Shown here: one piece after another, positions 7,698 through 17,473 of the stretch
Position numbering within the stretch: position 1 is the stretch's first letter
How the letters are laid out: the number at the start of each line of letters is the position of its first letter
Assembly (NCBI GenBank): GCA_031404015.1
Contig: JANNGT010000027.1
Span: forward strand, 920 to 64,919
Direction: 5' to 3'
DNA: 64,000 nucleotides
Source of the DNA: Gammaproteobacteria bacterium
GTDB lineage: Bacteria; Pseudomonadota; Gammaproteobacteria; Steroidobacterales; Steroidobacteraceae
Translations under genes and position numbers: made by a program
Notes under the pieces: generated by a model
The model's database searches: none
What the model saw: only the letters and a program-made list of their open reading frames with translations
Told to the model about the DNA's origin: nothing

Positions 7698-8942
7698 TTG
7701 TCCAGGCGCAGAGTCGTCGTCACAGGTTTAGGCATCGTTTCCCCGCTCGGCAGCACGGTCGCGTCCGCCTGGGACGGTATCGTCAACGGCCGCAGCGGCG
7801 TAGCGACCATCACCAAGATGGACCTGAGCGCGTTTCCGGTGCGCATCGGCGGGCAGGCCAAGGACTTCGTCCCCGAGGACTACATGCAGCCCAAGGACGT
7901 GCGGAAGTTCGATCCGTTCGTGCCCTTCGGCGTCGCTGCGGCGACCCAGTCCATCAAGGACTCTGGCTTCGAGGTCAACGAATCCAACTGTGGCCGCATC
8001 GGTGTGGCCATGGGCGCCGGCATCGGGGGACTCTCGACCATCGAGGAAAACACCGCGAAATGGCTTGAGGCGAAAACGCCGCGAAAGATTTCGCCGTTCT
8101 TCATCCCGGGCAGCATCATCAATGCGGCCGCGGGGCAGATTTCGATTCACCACGGCCTGCGCGGTCCCAACCTGGCGCTGGTCACTGCGTGCACGACCTC
8201 GACGCATTCGATCGGCCTGGCCTGCCGCCTGATCCAGTACGGCGACGCGGACATCATGGTCGCGGGCGGCTCCGAAATGGCGTTCACGCCGCTCGGCGTC
8301 GGCAGCTTCTGCCAGGCGCGGGCGCTCTCGACGCGCAACGACGAACCCGAACGCGCCAGCCGGCCGTGGGACAAGGATCGCGACGGCTTCGTGATGGCTG
8401 AAGGCGGCGGCGCGGTCGTGCTCGAAGAGTACGAGCACGCCAAGGCGCGCGGCGCGCAGATCTACGCCGAACTCATCGGCTTCGGCATGAGTGGCGATGC
8501 GCATCACATCACTGCACCACCCGAGGACGGCGAAGGCGCGAAGCTCGCGATGTCCGCGGCCATCCGCGATGCGGCCATCAATAACGAGCAGGTCGACTAC
8601 ATCAATGCGCATGCCACCTCGACCGAGCTCGGCGACCGCGCCGAGACGATCGCGATCAAGCGCACGCTGGGTGACCACTCGCGCAACGTGGCCGTGAGTT
8701 CCACCAAGTCGATGACCGGTCACCTGCTGGGCGCCGCCGGCGTGGTCGAGGCGATCTTCTCGATCCTGGCGATCCGCGATGGCGTGCTGCCGCCCACGAT
8801 CAACCTCGAGAACCCCGACCCTGAGTGCGATCTCGATTTCGTTCCGGGCACCGCGCGCCAGGCGCCGGTACGCATCGCGCTGTCGAATTCGTTCGGGTTC
8901 GGCGGCACGAACGGCAGCCTGATCTTCCGCGCGCTCGGCTGA
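7698..8942 (+). CDS. fabF: 3-oxoacyl-ACP synthase II
   Basis: SRRRVVVTGLG..., ACTTSTHS, HATST and SNSFGFGGTN motifs. Likely TTG start at 7698, giving the canonical (M)SRRRVVVTG N-terminus. An alternative ATG lies at 7665. Confidence 0.93.
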   Translation: MSRRRVVVTGLGIVSPLGSTVASAWDGIVNGRSGVATITKMDLSAFPVRIGGQAKDFVPEDYMQPKDVRKFDPFVPFGVAAATQSIKDSGFEVNESNCGRIGVAMGAGIGGLSTIEENTAKWLEAKTPRKISPFFIPGSIINAAAGQISIHHGLRGPNLALVTACTTSTHSIGLACRLIQYGDADIMVAGGSEMAFTPLGVGSFCQARALSTRNDEPERASRPWDKDRDGFVMAEGGGAVVLEEYEHAKARGAQIYAELIGFGMSGDAHHITAPPEDGEGAKLAMSAAIRDAAINNEQVDYINAHATSTELGDRAETIAIKRTLGDHSRNVAVSSTKSMTGHLLGAAGVVEAIFSILAIRDGVLPPTINLENPDPECDLDFVPGTARQAPVRIALSNSFGFGGTNGSLIFRALG

Positions 8943-8963
8943 GCGCGCCAGCCGCCCGCCGCC

Positions 8964-10313
8964 ATGCGCGAAGCCGACCTGCTCGCGCTGCACGAGCGCT
9001 TTCCCGAGCGTTACCCCGTCCTGCTCGAAAGCGTGAGCGGGGCCGATGCACTTGGCCGCAATGACCTGCTGTTTGCGCTGCCAGGCGAGCGACTGGTCCA
9101 GGCCGGGGACGGCACACTGGCCGGGGACATCCCCGAGGCGCGACACGGCGGCCGGTTTCTCGACGCACTCGACCAGTGGCTCGCGCGCGAGCGTGGCGCA
9201 GGCTTCGGCCTGTCACCTGACCGTTTGTTCAACGACGGCTGGTTTCTGTATCTGGGTTACGAACTCGCCGCCGAGATCGAGCCGAAGCTCCGACTCCCGG
9301 TGTCCCAGCTGCCGCGCGCTGTCGCGTGGCGCATGCACGGCGGCGTGGTGCGTGATCGTCGCACGGGCGAGGCTCGCATCGTCGCGCGCGAGGCTGCGCA
9401 GGCGGCGCAGCTGACAGCCCAGGTCGAGGCGGATCAGGCGCTGATCGCCAACACGCCCCCGAGGTTGCCACCGGCGACGCTGACCGCGGGAGTGACGGAA
9501 CAATCGCCACAGGTATTCCTGGAAGGCGTGCGCACGATTCTCGAAGCGATCGCACGGGGTGACGTTTACCAGGCGAACCTCTCGCGTTCATGGCGTGCGC
9601 AACTGGCCCCCGGTGCCACGGTTACCGACCTGTACCGGGCCCTGCGTCGCGCCAATCCGGCGCCCTTCGCGGCGCTCGCGCAATTCGGTGATTTTGCGTT
9701 GCTGAGCTCATCGCCCGAACGTCTGCTGCAATTGCAGGACGGCATTGCCAGCACACGCCCCATTGCAGGCACGCGGCCGCGCGGCCATGACGCGGCGGCG
9801 GATGCCGCGCTCGTGAGCGAGTTGCAGCTCAACGAAAAAGAGCGCGCGGAACATATCATGCTCGTCGACCTCGAGCGCAACGACCTCGGCCGGATCTGCC
9901 GCGGCGGCACCGTCGAGGTTGATGAGTTCATGAGCATCGAGACTTACGCGACGGTGCACCACATCGTGTCGAACGTGCGCGGCACCCTGCGCGACGACGT
10001 GACGCCGGGGCAGGCGATCGCCGCGGTATTTCCGGGCGGCACGATCACGGGTTGCCCCAAGGTCCGCTGCATGGAACTGCTTGCGGGCCTCGAGCGCGAG
10101 CCACGGGACGCGTACACGGGTTCCCTGGGATACCTCGACGTGAATGGCACGATGGACCTCAACATCCTGATCCGCACGCTGACCGTGCGTCAGGGCGTGA
10201 TCGGATTGCGGACCGGGGCCGGCATCGTGGCAGACTCCGTTCCAGAGTCGGAACTGGCCGAAACCCGTGCGAAGGCGAATGGCATCCTGCGTGCGCTGGG
10301 AGAGACACTTTGA
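8964..10313 (+). CDS. pabB: Aminodeoxychorismate synthase component I
   Basis: Chorismate-binding family motifs SSSPERLL, PIAGTRPRG, ERAEHIMLVDLERND, FPGGTITGCPK and GAGIVADS. Located upstream of pabC. Confidence 0.85.
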   Translation: MREADLLALHERFPERYPVLLESVSGADALGRNDLLFALPGERLVQAGDGTLAGDIPEARHGGRFLDALDQWLARERGAGFGLSPDRLFNDGWFLYLGYELAAEIEPKLRLPVSQLPRAVAWRMHGGVVRDRRTGEARIVAREAAQAAQLTAQVEADQALIANTPPRLPPATLTAGVTEQSPQVFLEGVRTILEAIARGDVYQANLSRSWRAQLAPGATVTDLYRALRRANPAPFAALAQFGDFALLSSSPERLLQLQDGIASTRPIAGTRPRGHDAAADAALVSELQLNEKERAEHIMLVDLERNDLGRICRGGTVEVDEFMSIETYATVHHIVSNVRGTLRDDVTPGQAIAAVFPGGTITGCPKVRCMELLAGLEREPRDAYTGSLGYLDVNGTMDLNILIRTLTVRQGVIGLRTGAGIVADSVPESELAETRAKANGILRALGETL

Positions 10314-11131
10314 TTGGACGGAAATTCGTCAACGGCGTGGAAGGCGGCAGTGTGTCGGTGGACGACCGTGGCCTGCAGTACGGCGACGGCTTGTTCGAAA
10401 CCATGGGTGCATCGAATGGCCGCGTGCGCCGTTTCAAGCAACACATGACCAGGCTCGCGGAGGGCTGCCGCAGGTTGGGGATGCCGGCGCCCCCAAGCGA
10501 CCTGATCGAAGACGATTGCCTGCGCGCGCTCGAAGGTTTCGGCGCGGCGGTCATCAAGCTCACGCTGACACGCGGTCCGGGTCCGCGCGGCTACCCGCCG
10601 CCGCTCGACGCAAGTCCGACGCGCATCGTCGTCTCCACGGCGCAGCAGGTATCCCCGTCGGAGGCGGCGCGGCCGCTGACGCTCCGCGTCTGCGAAACCC
10701 GCCTCGGGCGTAATCCGCAGCTGGCCGGCATGAAGCACCTCAACCGTCTGGAACAGGTGCTGGCTGGAGCGGAGCTGCGCGAAACCGGCGCTGACGAAGG
10801 CCTGATGCGCTCGACCGACGACCGCATCGTCTGTGCCACCGCAGCCAACGTGTTCGTGGTTCGCGACGGTGCATTGCTCACGCCGGATATCAGCGACTGC
10901 GGGGTCGCTGGAGTGATGCGCGAGGTCGTGCTGCAGGCGGCGTCCGGCCTGGGCTTGGGCGTCACCATCGGTGACTTCACGCTCGACGATTTCGCGCGCG
11001 CCGAGGAATGCTTCCTGACCAATGCGGTCCGCGGCATCCGGCCGGTGGGTTGGGTGCAGGGTGTCAACAACTTCAAGGCCAGCGAAATTACGACACGTCT
11101 GCGCGCGGCGACCGAGGCGGCAGACGAATGA
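10310..11131 (+). CDS. pabC: Aminodeoxychorismate lyase (class IV aminotransferase fold)
   Basis: VSVDDRGLQYGDGLFET..., LKHLNRLEQV and FLTNAVRGIRPV. Proposed TTG start at 10310 overlaps the pabB stop. The stop overlaps the mltG ATG. Confidence 0.8.
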   Translation: MIGRKFVNGVEGGSVSVDDRGLQYGDGLFETMGASNGRVRRFKQHMTRLAEGCRRLGMPAPPSDLIEDDCLRALEGFGAAVIKLTLTRGPGPRGYPPPLDASPTRIVVSTAQQVSPSEAARPLTLRVCETRLGRNPQLAGMKHLNRLEQVLAGAELRETGADEGLMRSTDDRIVCATAANVFVVRDGALLTPDISDCGVAGVMREVVLQAASGLGLGVTIGDFTLDDFARAEECFLTNAVRGIRPVGWVQGVNNFKASEITTRLRAATEAADE

Positions 11132-12156
11132 CGTCGCTGCGCCGCACGCTGCTTGCGCTGTTGGTACTCGCACTGCTGGTTGGCGGCGGCGGCGCGCTCT
11201 ATGCGCGTCACTGGCTGTCGCAGCCGCTGCCCATCGGCACGGAGCCCGTCGTCGTCGAAGTCCAGCCAGGCCAATCACTCACGGCAGTGGCGCAAGCGCT
11301 GGCAGCGGACGGACTCGTCAGGCATCCGCGGCTGCTCGCACTCTACGGTCGCGCGATCGGCGCGGATTCGCGCATGCATGCGGGCGAGTTCTCCATTGCT
11401 CCCGGCACTTCGCCACGCGGCCTGTTGCAGGCGTTCGTGAGCGGGGCGGTCGTCCAGCATTCCGTCACGATCGTCGAAGGCTGGACGTTCCGCGAACTGC
11501 GCCGGGCGTTGGCGAAGGTATCCACGCTCGAACACGCCACCGCCGGGCTGGCGGACGCCGCAGTGATGCAGAAACTGGGCGAGGAGGGCAGGCATCCGGA
11601 AGGGCTTTTTTTCCCGGACACCTACCTCTTCGGCAAGGGCGCGCGGGACATCGACGTGTTGCGGCAGGCGCGGGACCGCATGCGCAAGGAACTTGCAGCG
11701 GCGTGGTCCGAGCGTGCGCAGGATTTGCCGCTCAAGGACGAATACGAGGCACTGGTCCTCGCCTCGATCGTCGAACGCGAGACGGGTGCCGCGGACGAGC
11801 GGCCGCGCATTGCGGGTGTGTTCATTGAACGCTTGCGGCGCGGCATGCGGCTGCAGACGGATCCCACCGTGATCTACGGGCTCGGCGAGAAGTTCGATGG
11901 CAACCTGCGACGCGCAGACCTCGAACGTGACGGGGACTACAATACGTACACGCGCGACGGCTTACCGCCGACGCCGATTGCGTTACCCGGGCTGGGATCG
12001 CTGCGTGCCGTGGTCCGGCCCGATGAGCGCGGCGACTTGTTCTTCGTTGCAACTGGCACCGGCGACGGCAGGCACACGTTCTCCAGGACGCTGGCAGAGC
12101 ACAAGCACGCAGTGCGCCAGTATCTGGTTCGATATCGGCAACAGAACAGCAAGTGA
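11128..12156 (+). CDS. mltG: Endolytic murein transglycosylase MltG (YceG family)
   Basis: N-terminal TM helix, then LASIVERET, LQTDPTVIYG, YNTYTRDGLPPTPI and FVATGTGDGRHTFSRTLAEH. Confidence 0.93.
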   Translation: MTSLRRTLLALLVLALLVGGGGALYARHWLSQPLPIGTEPVVVEVQPGQSLTAVAQALAADGLVRHPRLLALYGRAIGADSRMHAGEFSIAPGTSPRGLLQAFVSGAVVQHSVTIVEGWTFRELRRALAKVSTLEHATAGLADAAVMQKLGEEGRHPEGLFFPDTYLFGKGARDIDVLRQARDRMRKELAAAWSERAQDLPLKDEYEALVLASIVERETGAADERPRIAGVFIERLRRGMRLQTDPTVIYGLGEKFDGNLRRADLERDGDYNTYTRDGLPPTPIALPGLGSLRAVVRPDERGDLFFVATGTGDGRHTFSRTLAEHKHAVRQYLVRYRQQNSK

Positions 12157-12818
12157 CCAAAGCAGGGCGAGGCGTGCGCGGCAAGTTCATCACGTTTGAA
12201 GGCGGCGAAGGCGTGGGCAAGTCGACGCAGATTCGCCGTGCGGCCGCCTGGCTCGAAGCGCAGGGCCTGGAGGTCATGCTGACGCGCGAACCCGGCGGCA
12301 CACCGCGCGCGGAGCTGCTGCGCGGAATCCTGCTCGAACCCACTGACGAGCCCATGCCGCAAGCGTGTGAACTGCTGTTGATGTTCGCCGCTCGCGCCAG
12401 TCATCTGGCAACGCTGATCGAGCCCGCCGTCGCCCGCGGTGCATGGGTGCTCTGCGACCGTTTCACCGACGCCACGTACGCCTATCAGGGCGGTGGCCGG
12501 GGCGTGCCAGCGGCCGACATCGACGCGCTCGTGCGCATAGTGCACCCGCAGCGGCAACCCGACCTGACGCTGCTGCTCGATGCGCCCGTCGCAGTGGGCA
12601 TGGCGCGAGCGAGCGAACGCAACGGCACGGCGGGGCCCGATCGATTCGAGTCCGAGCGCGCGGATTTCTTCGCTCGCGTGCGGCAGACTTATCTCACCCG
12701 GGCAGCGGCGGAGCCGGAGCGATTCCGTGTCGTCGACGCAAGCGGGGCACTCGGCGCCGTCGAGTCCGCGATTCGTGACGTCCTGCAGCCACTGTTGCCA
12801 CGGGCGGGGACGGCATGA
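12153..12818 (+). CDS. tmk: Thymidylate kinase
   Basis: GKFITFEGGEGVGKSTQ P-loop, TREPGGT and DRFTDATYAYQG. GTG start overlaps the mltG stop (alternative GTG at 12174). Confidence 0.93.
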   Translation: MTKAGRGVRGKFITFEGGEGVGKSTQIRRAAAWLEAQGLEVMLTREPGGTPRAELLRGILLEPTDEPMPQACELLLMFAARASHLATLIEPAVARGAWVLCDRFTDATYAYQGGGRGVPAADIDALVRIVHPQRQPDLTLLLDAPVAVGMARASERNGTAGPDRFESERADFFARVRQTYLTRAAAEPERFRVVDASGALGAVESAIRDVLQPLLPRAGTA

Positions 12819-13864
12819 GCCAGGATGCAGGTGATGACGTCGCAGAGGACGCTGCCGGCAGCGATGCCGAGTTCGCGCCATTGCCGATCGATTTGCTGCC
12901 GTGGCACGCGGTGGCCTGCGACAAGCTGACGGCCGCGGTTGCGGCGGGGCGCCTCCCGCACGGCCTGCTGCTGCAAGGCCCGGCCGGTGTCGGCAAGGAA
13001 CGCTTCGCCTCGGCGCTCGCGGCAGCGCTGTTCTGCACGGGGAGGGGCGCGCGCCTGGTGGCGTGTGGCGCCTGCCCGGAATGTCGGCTGAGCAAGGTTG
13101 GGAACCATCCGGACGTGCATTGGCTGCGGCCGCCCGAGGACAAGAAATCCATCGGCGTGGACCAGGTGCGCGATGTCTGCGACCGGCTTGCGATGATGAG
13201 CATGCGCCGCGGCCATCGTGTCGCCATCGCGACGCCGGCCGACAAGATGACCCATGCGGCGCAGAACGCGCTTCTGAAGACACTCGAGGAGCCTGGGGCT
13301 GGCGTGGTGCTCGTGCTGGTGACGGCGCGCCCGTCGGCATTGGCCGCCACCTTGCGCAGTCGCTGCCAGCGCATCGAGGTCGCGCGTCCGCCGCAAGCAG
13401 TGGCGCAGCAATGGCTCAACGAGACATTGAATGCGGCGTCGCCCGCTCGTTTACTGGCCGTCGCGGGCGGCTCGCCGCTGAAGGCATTGAGCCTGGCGCC
13501 TTACTTCGACGCACTCGAAACGCAGATGGCGGGGACGCTGGAGGCGTTCCTGGATCGCCGGATCGACGTGACGCGCGCCGCTGCGGACATGCAGGGCGAG
13601 GGCCTGCCGTCTCGTCTCGACTGGCTGGAAGCGTGGCTGGACAGCGCCATTCACGCGTCGGCGGGTGTGCCCAGTGAGAATCCGCTCACGTTTCGGGCAG
13701 GTTCTCTATTGCAAAGGAGCGCAGCCGAGTTGAACATAACGGCGGCGTTCCGGGTACTGGATCGCTTGCGTGAAGCGCGCCGACTTCTGGAAGGCTCTGC
13801 CAACGCACCCCTCGTGGTTGAAGCGTTGCTGCTCGATTTGCGGGCGGCGGCGCCGGTCCGCTGA
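12815..13864 (+). CDS. holB: DNA polymerase III subunit delta-prime
   Basis: GRLPHGLLLQGPAGVGK, the CGACPEC zinc module, NALLKTLEEP and LRSRCQ. ATGA overlap with tmk. Confidence 0.93.
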   Translation: MSQDAGDDVAEDAAGSDAEFAPLPIDLLPWHAVACDKLTAAVAAGRLPHGLLLQGPAGVGKERFASALAAALFCTGRGARLVACGACPECRLSKVGNHPDVHWLRPPEDKKSIGVDQVRDVCDRLAMMSMRRGHRVAIATPADKMTHAAQNALLKTLEEPGAGVVLVLVTARPSALAATLRSRCQRIEVARPPQAVAQQWLNETLNAASPARLLAVAGGSPLKALSLAPYFDALETQMAGTLEAFLDRRIDVTRAAADMQGEGLPSRLDWLEAWLDSAIHASAGVPSENPLTFRAGSLLQRSAAELNITAAFRVLDRLREARRLLEGSANAPLVVEALLLDLRAAAPVR

Positions 13865-13886
13865 CGGAACCAGAAAGAAGGTACAG

Positions 13887-14249
13887 ATGAGTCCGGCCCC
13901 TGCTCGACAGCCGAACAAGCCCGGCCTGCTGACGCTCACCATCAAGGACAAGAGCGCGCTCTACCTTGCGTACATGCCGTTCGTGAAAAACGGCGGCCTG
14001 TTCATCCCCACGAGCAGCAACTATCGTCTCGGCGACGAGGTGTTCATGTTGCTCAATTTGATGGGCGAGGATGAAAAGCTGCCGGTTGCAGGCCGCGTGA
14101 TCTGGATGACGCCGAAGGGCGCGCAGGGCAAGCGCACGGCTGGTATCGGCGTGCAATTCAGCGAACAGGATCGCGGCACGACCCAGCGCAAGATCGAGAG
14201 CTACCTGGCTGGCGCGCTGGGCGGCGACAAACCCACGCATACGATGTAA
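13887..14249 (+). CDS. pilZ: Type IV pilus assembly PilZ-domain protein
   Basis: LTLTIKDKSALYLAYMPFVKNGGLFIPT...GRVIWMTPKGAQGKRTAGIGVQF. The position directly after holB matches Pseudomonas and Xanthomonas. Confidence 0.88.
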   Translation: MSPAPARQPNKPGLLTLTIKDKSALYLAYMPFVKNGGLFIPTSSNYRLGDEVFMLLNLMGEDEKLPVAGRVIWMTPKGAQGKRTAGIGVQFSEQDRGTTQRKIESYLAGALGGDKPTHTM

Positions 14250-14293
14250 ATTTCTTGGTCGGTGCGCCGGGCGGCGACCTGCTGCTCCAGAGC

Positions 14294-15370
14294 TCAGCCG
14301 GTGCGTATCAGTGTGTCTGCAAGATTGGTGGCGGCAATGCCACCCTGCAACACGTGCGCCTCGAACCCCCGCTCGCTCAGGATATAAGCTGCCGCCGAGC
14401 TGCGGCGTCCGTTATCGCAGACGACGACGTAATGCCGGGTCGGGTCGAGCGTCTTGATCTTCAGGCGGATGAAATACAGCGGCACGTTGAGCGAAGGCTC
14501 CAGGTGCCAGTGCTCGTACTCGCTCGGCAACCGCACGTCGAGCCAGACGCCGCCGCCGCTGACCAGTTCCTTGGCCTGTTCGTAGTCGACCCACTGCAAC
14601 ATTGGCTCGTTGAGCAGGCTGTTGAAGTCTTCCTTGGCCAGGCGCACCAGCACGCCGTCAGTCAGCATCGCGATCGTGGCGTTGCGCGTGGCGCCCGAGA
14701 TCAGCGCTTCCTCCCCGAAGGTTTCACCCATGCCGAGTTCGGCGAGCTTGATGCCGTCGCGGTTGAGCGGCGTCTCACGGCTGACCGAACACCGGCCTTC
14801 GACGATCACGTAGAAGAAGTCACCTTCCTCGCCCTGGCGGATCACGACGTCGCCTGCGGCGTAAGACATGCGCTGCATGCGCATGAAGACGGCCTGCAGG
14901 TTGGCCGGCGGGATGCGATGAAAGGCCCGGCTCTGCAGCAGGATCGTCATCCAGTCGCCTGCGGCATCATCGCCCGATCGCAGCTCGCCGACTTCGTAGG
15001 TGCCCGTCTGGTCCCAGGTGATCAGGACGTCGAGCAGATCGCTGTCGATCGACAGGTACTCGATCTTGTCGGACGCCACTCGCGCGGAGCAGCGTCGCGG
15101 CAAAATCGGCGCGAGCGGGTGCTTGGCGTCCGGGGTGCCGCCGCGAATGGTCCCGACCACCTTTCCTTCAACCAGCAGCTCGATCAGTCCGGACCCAAGG
15201 TAATAGGTACGCTTGTCGGTGTCGCCTTCCTTGAACAGGAAGCGGCCTTGCGTGAGTTCACGCACCACCGTCTTGCGCGCCAGGGCGCGCAGGTTTTCGT
15301 TCTTGAGCCCGTCGAGCGGCGAAAAAGCGCGCAGGAAACTCAGCTCGACGGTGTTCGGATCGATGCTCAT
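14294..15370 (-). CDS. Protein with two cyclic-nucleotide-binding domains and a C-terminal rhodanese domain
   Basis: Two cNMP-binding-like segments (FKEGDTDKRTYYLGSG; QGEEGDFFYVIVEG...FGEEALISGATRNATI). C-terminal WLDVRLPSEYE...VVVCDNGRRSSAAA is a rhodanese active-site loop. Confidence 0.8.
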   Translation of the reverse strand: MSIDPNTVELSFLRAFSPLDGLKNENLRALARKTVVRELTQGRFLFKEGDTDKRTYYLGSGLIELLVEGKVVGTIRGGTPDAKHPLAPILPRRCSARVASDKIEYLSIDSDLLDVLITWDQTGTYEVGELRSGDDAAGDWMTILLQSRAFHRIPPANLQAVFMRMQRMSYAAGDVVIRQGEEGDFFYVIVEGRCSVSRETPLNRDGIKLAELGMGETFGEEALISGATRNATIAMLTDGVLVRLAKEDFNSLLNEPMLQWVDYEQAKELVSGGGVWLDVRLPSEYEHWHLEPSLNVPLYFIRLKIKTLDPTRHYVVVCDNGRRSSAAAYILSERGFEAHVLQGGIAATNLADTLIRTG

Positions 15371-15402
15371 GAAGCACGGGTCAAAAAAGGTCCGCGATCA
15401 TA

Positions 15403-17448
15403 TCACGGCAGCTTGACAGCGCTGAACCCACTCCAGCCGGGGTCGGGCCGAAACCGTTCGCCATGCGTGGCAGCCAGCGCGGCCAGTGTCGCAACGACCT
15501 GCGTGACGCCGCGCTCCTGCGCGTAACGCAGGGGCCCGCCGCGAAACGGGGCGAAGCCTGACCCGAAGATCACGCCCGCGTCGATGAGGTCGGCGTCGGC
15601 CACCACACCTTCACGCAGCACGGCCATGGATTCATTCACGAGGGCCAGCAGCAACCTGTCCTCGAGGTCGGCTGGCGCCCGGTAACCGGGTTGTACTGCA
15701 GGCTTCACGGCCTTGCCCTCGCGCCATTCGTACAGGCCGTGACCGGTCTTCTTGCCCAGCTTGCCGGCCTCTACCAGGGGCGCCACAGCCTCGGGCGCAG
15801 GGCCGCCGCAGGCCGCAGCCAGGATGCGCCCGACGTGCAGGCACACGTCGAGTCCAACCACGTCCGCGAGTTCGATCGGTCCCAGCGGCATGCCGAATCG
15901 CACCGCGGCCGCGTCGATGGCTGCGAGCGGCACGCCCTCGGCGGCGGCCAGCATCGCCTCGGTCATGTAAGGCATCAGCACACGGTTGACGAGGAACCCC
16001 GGCGCGCTGCGCGTGGGCAGTGGCAGCTTGTCGATGGCACGCGTGAACGCCAGCGCCGCAGCGCGCGCTTGCGGCGAAGTGACAGCCGACTCGACCACCT
16101 CCACGAGCGGCATCTGCGCGACCGGATTGAAGAAATGCAGGCCGACGAGCCGGCCCGGGTCGGCGAGCTGGGTTGCGAGCGGTTCCAGCATCAGGCTGGA
16201 GGTGTTGGTCGCGAGGACGGCGCCTTGCTTCAGAGCGGGCTCCAACTGCGCATACAAGTCCCGCTTGGCATCGAGGTTCTCGTAGATCGCCTCGAGCACG
16301 ACATCGGCGTGCGCGGCGCCGCTGCCGGACACGTCCGCCACCAGCCGCGCCATTTGCTCCGCTGCCTTGCCGGGCACGCGGCTGCGTTTGTCGAAGAACG
16401 CTCGAGCGCGGTCGAGTGCAGGCTGGACGAGTTCCAGGCTGCGGTCCTGCAGTGTCACGTTGAACCCGCGCAACGCGCACCAGGCGGCGATGTCGCCGCC
16501 CATCAAACCTGCCCCAACGACGTGCACGTGGCCTCCCGTGGGCAGGTCCTTGCCGCCCAGCGCCTTGAGCCGCTCCTGCAGGAAGAACACACGCACTAGA
16601 TTGCGTGAGGTCGGCGTGCACACGAGCCGCGCGACGGACTGCGCCTCGGCTTCGTAACCCGAACGCACGCTGGCGCCGTGACGGCGCCACAGGTCGACGA
16701 TCGCATAGGGAGCGGGGTAATGCTCCTTGCGCGCGCGCCTTCGCACCTGCGCTTCGATCTTGCCTGCCACGAATCCGCGCAGCAGCGGCAGGTTCAGCAG
16801 GCGCTGGCTGAGGGGGGCACGTCTGCGCGGCTGCGGGTGCAGCGCCAGTTGCTGCGCTTTTTCGCGCAGTTGCGCGGCCGGCACGACGGCATCGACGAGG
16901 CCTGCCTTGAGTGCCTTGTCGGGACGCAGGTTCTTGCCCGTCAGCATCATGTCCATTGCCGTTGCGACGCCGACGAGCTGCACGGCGCGCACCGTGCCGC
17001 CGAACCCGGGGTGAATGCCCAGCATGACTTCCGGCAAACCGAGCGTCACCTTGGGATCGTCGGCGCACACACGATGGCGGCAGGCCAGCGCGAGTTCGAG
17101 TCCGCCGCCGAGGCAGTACCCATTGATCGCAGCGACAGTGGGGAAGGGCAAGTCCTCCAGGCGCTGGAGCACAGCGTGCGCTGCGCGAATCGAGGGCACG
17201 GCTTCATCGGGCGAATTCACCTGGCCGAACTCGGATACGTCGGCGCCGGCAATGAAGCCATTCTTGCCCGACGCGATCACGAGGCCTGCTGGTTGCGCGT
17301 TCATCGCCTCAGTGATTAGCGCGTCGAGCTCTTCCATCGCGGCGCGAGACAGCGAGTTGGCGCTGGCGCCAGGCTTATCGAACGTTAGCCACGCGACGCG
17401 GTCGGCGTCCAATTCAAGTTGCCACTGACTGGCGGGTGCCATGATCAT
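15403..17448 (-). CDS. Bifunctional enoyl-CoA hydratase / 3-hydroxyacyl-CoA dehydrogenase (FadB/FadJ-like)
   Basis: N-terminal crotonase fold (FIAGADVSEF, INGYCLGGGLELALAC) plus VHVVGAGLMGGDIA Rossmann and HFFNPV motifs. 681 aa. Confidence 0.9.
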   Translation of the reverse strand: MIMAPASQWQLELDADRVAWLTFDKPGASANSLSRAAMEELDALITEAMNAQPAGLVIASGKNGFIAGADVSEFGQVNSPDEAVPSIRAAHAVLQRLEDLPFPTVAAINGYCLGGGLELALACRHRVCADDPKVTLGLPEVMLGIHPGFGGTVRAVQLVGVATAMDMMLTGKNLRPDKALKAGLVDAVVPAAQLREKAQQLALHPQPRRRAPLSQRLLNLPLLRGFVAGKIEAQVRRRARKEHYPAPYAIVDLWRRHGASVRSGYEAEAQSVARLVCTPTSRNLVRVFFLQERLKALGGKDLPTGGHVHVVGAGLMGGDIAAWCALRGFNVTLQDRSLELVQPALDRARAFFDKRSRVPGKAAEQMARLVADVSGSGAAHADVVLEAIYENLDAKRDLYAQLEPALKQGAVLATNTSSLMLEPLATQLADPGRLVGLHFFNPVAQMPLVEVVESAVTSPQARAAALAFTRAIDKLPLPTRSAPGFLVNRVLMPYMTEAMLAAAEGVPLAAIDAAAVRFGMPLGPIELADVVGLDVCLHVGRILAAACGGPAPEAVAPLVEAGKLGKKTGHGLYEWREGKAVKPAVQPGYRAPADLEDRLLLALVNESMAVLREGVVADADLIDAGVIFGSGFAPFRGGPLRYAQERGVTQVVATLAALAATHGERFRPDPGWSGFSAVKLP

Positions 17449-17473
17449 CGGTCCTCCGGACCCGCCGGGTGGG

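Noticed and set aside
7728-9146. Very long ORFs antisense to, or out of frame with, clear genes. Examples: 1630..2772, 7728..9146, 11937..13340, 14255..15526, 19407..20822, 20413..21972, 33839..35752, 50826..52169 and 62643..63797.
   Set aside because: These are typical stop-poor shadow frames of GC-rich DNA. Their translations are Arg/Ala/Gly/Pro-rich with no motifs. Each overlaps a gene with strong family signatures on the other strand or in another frame.
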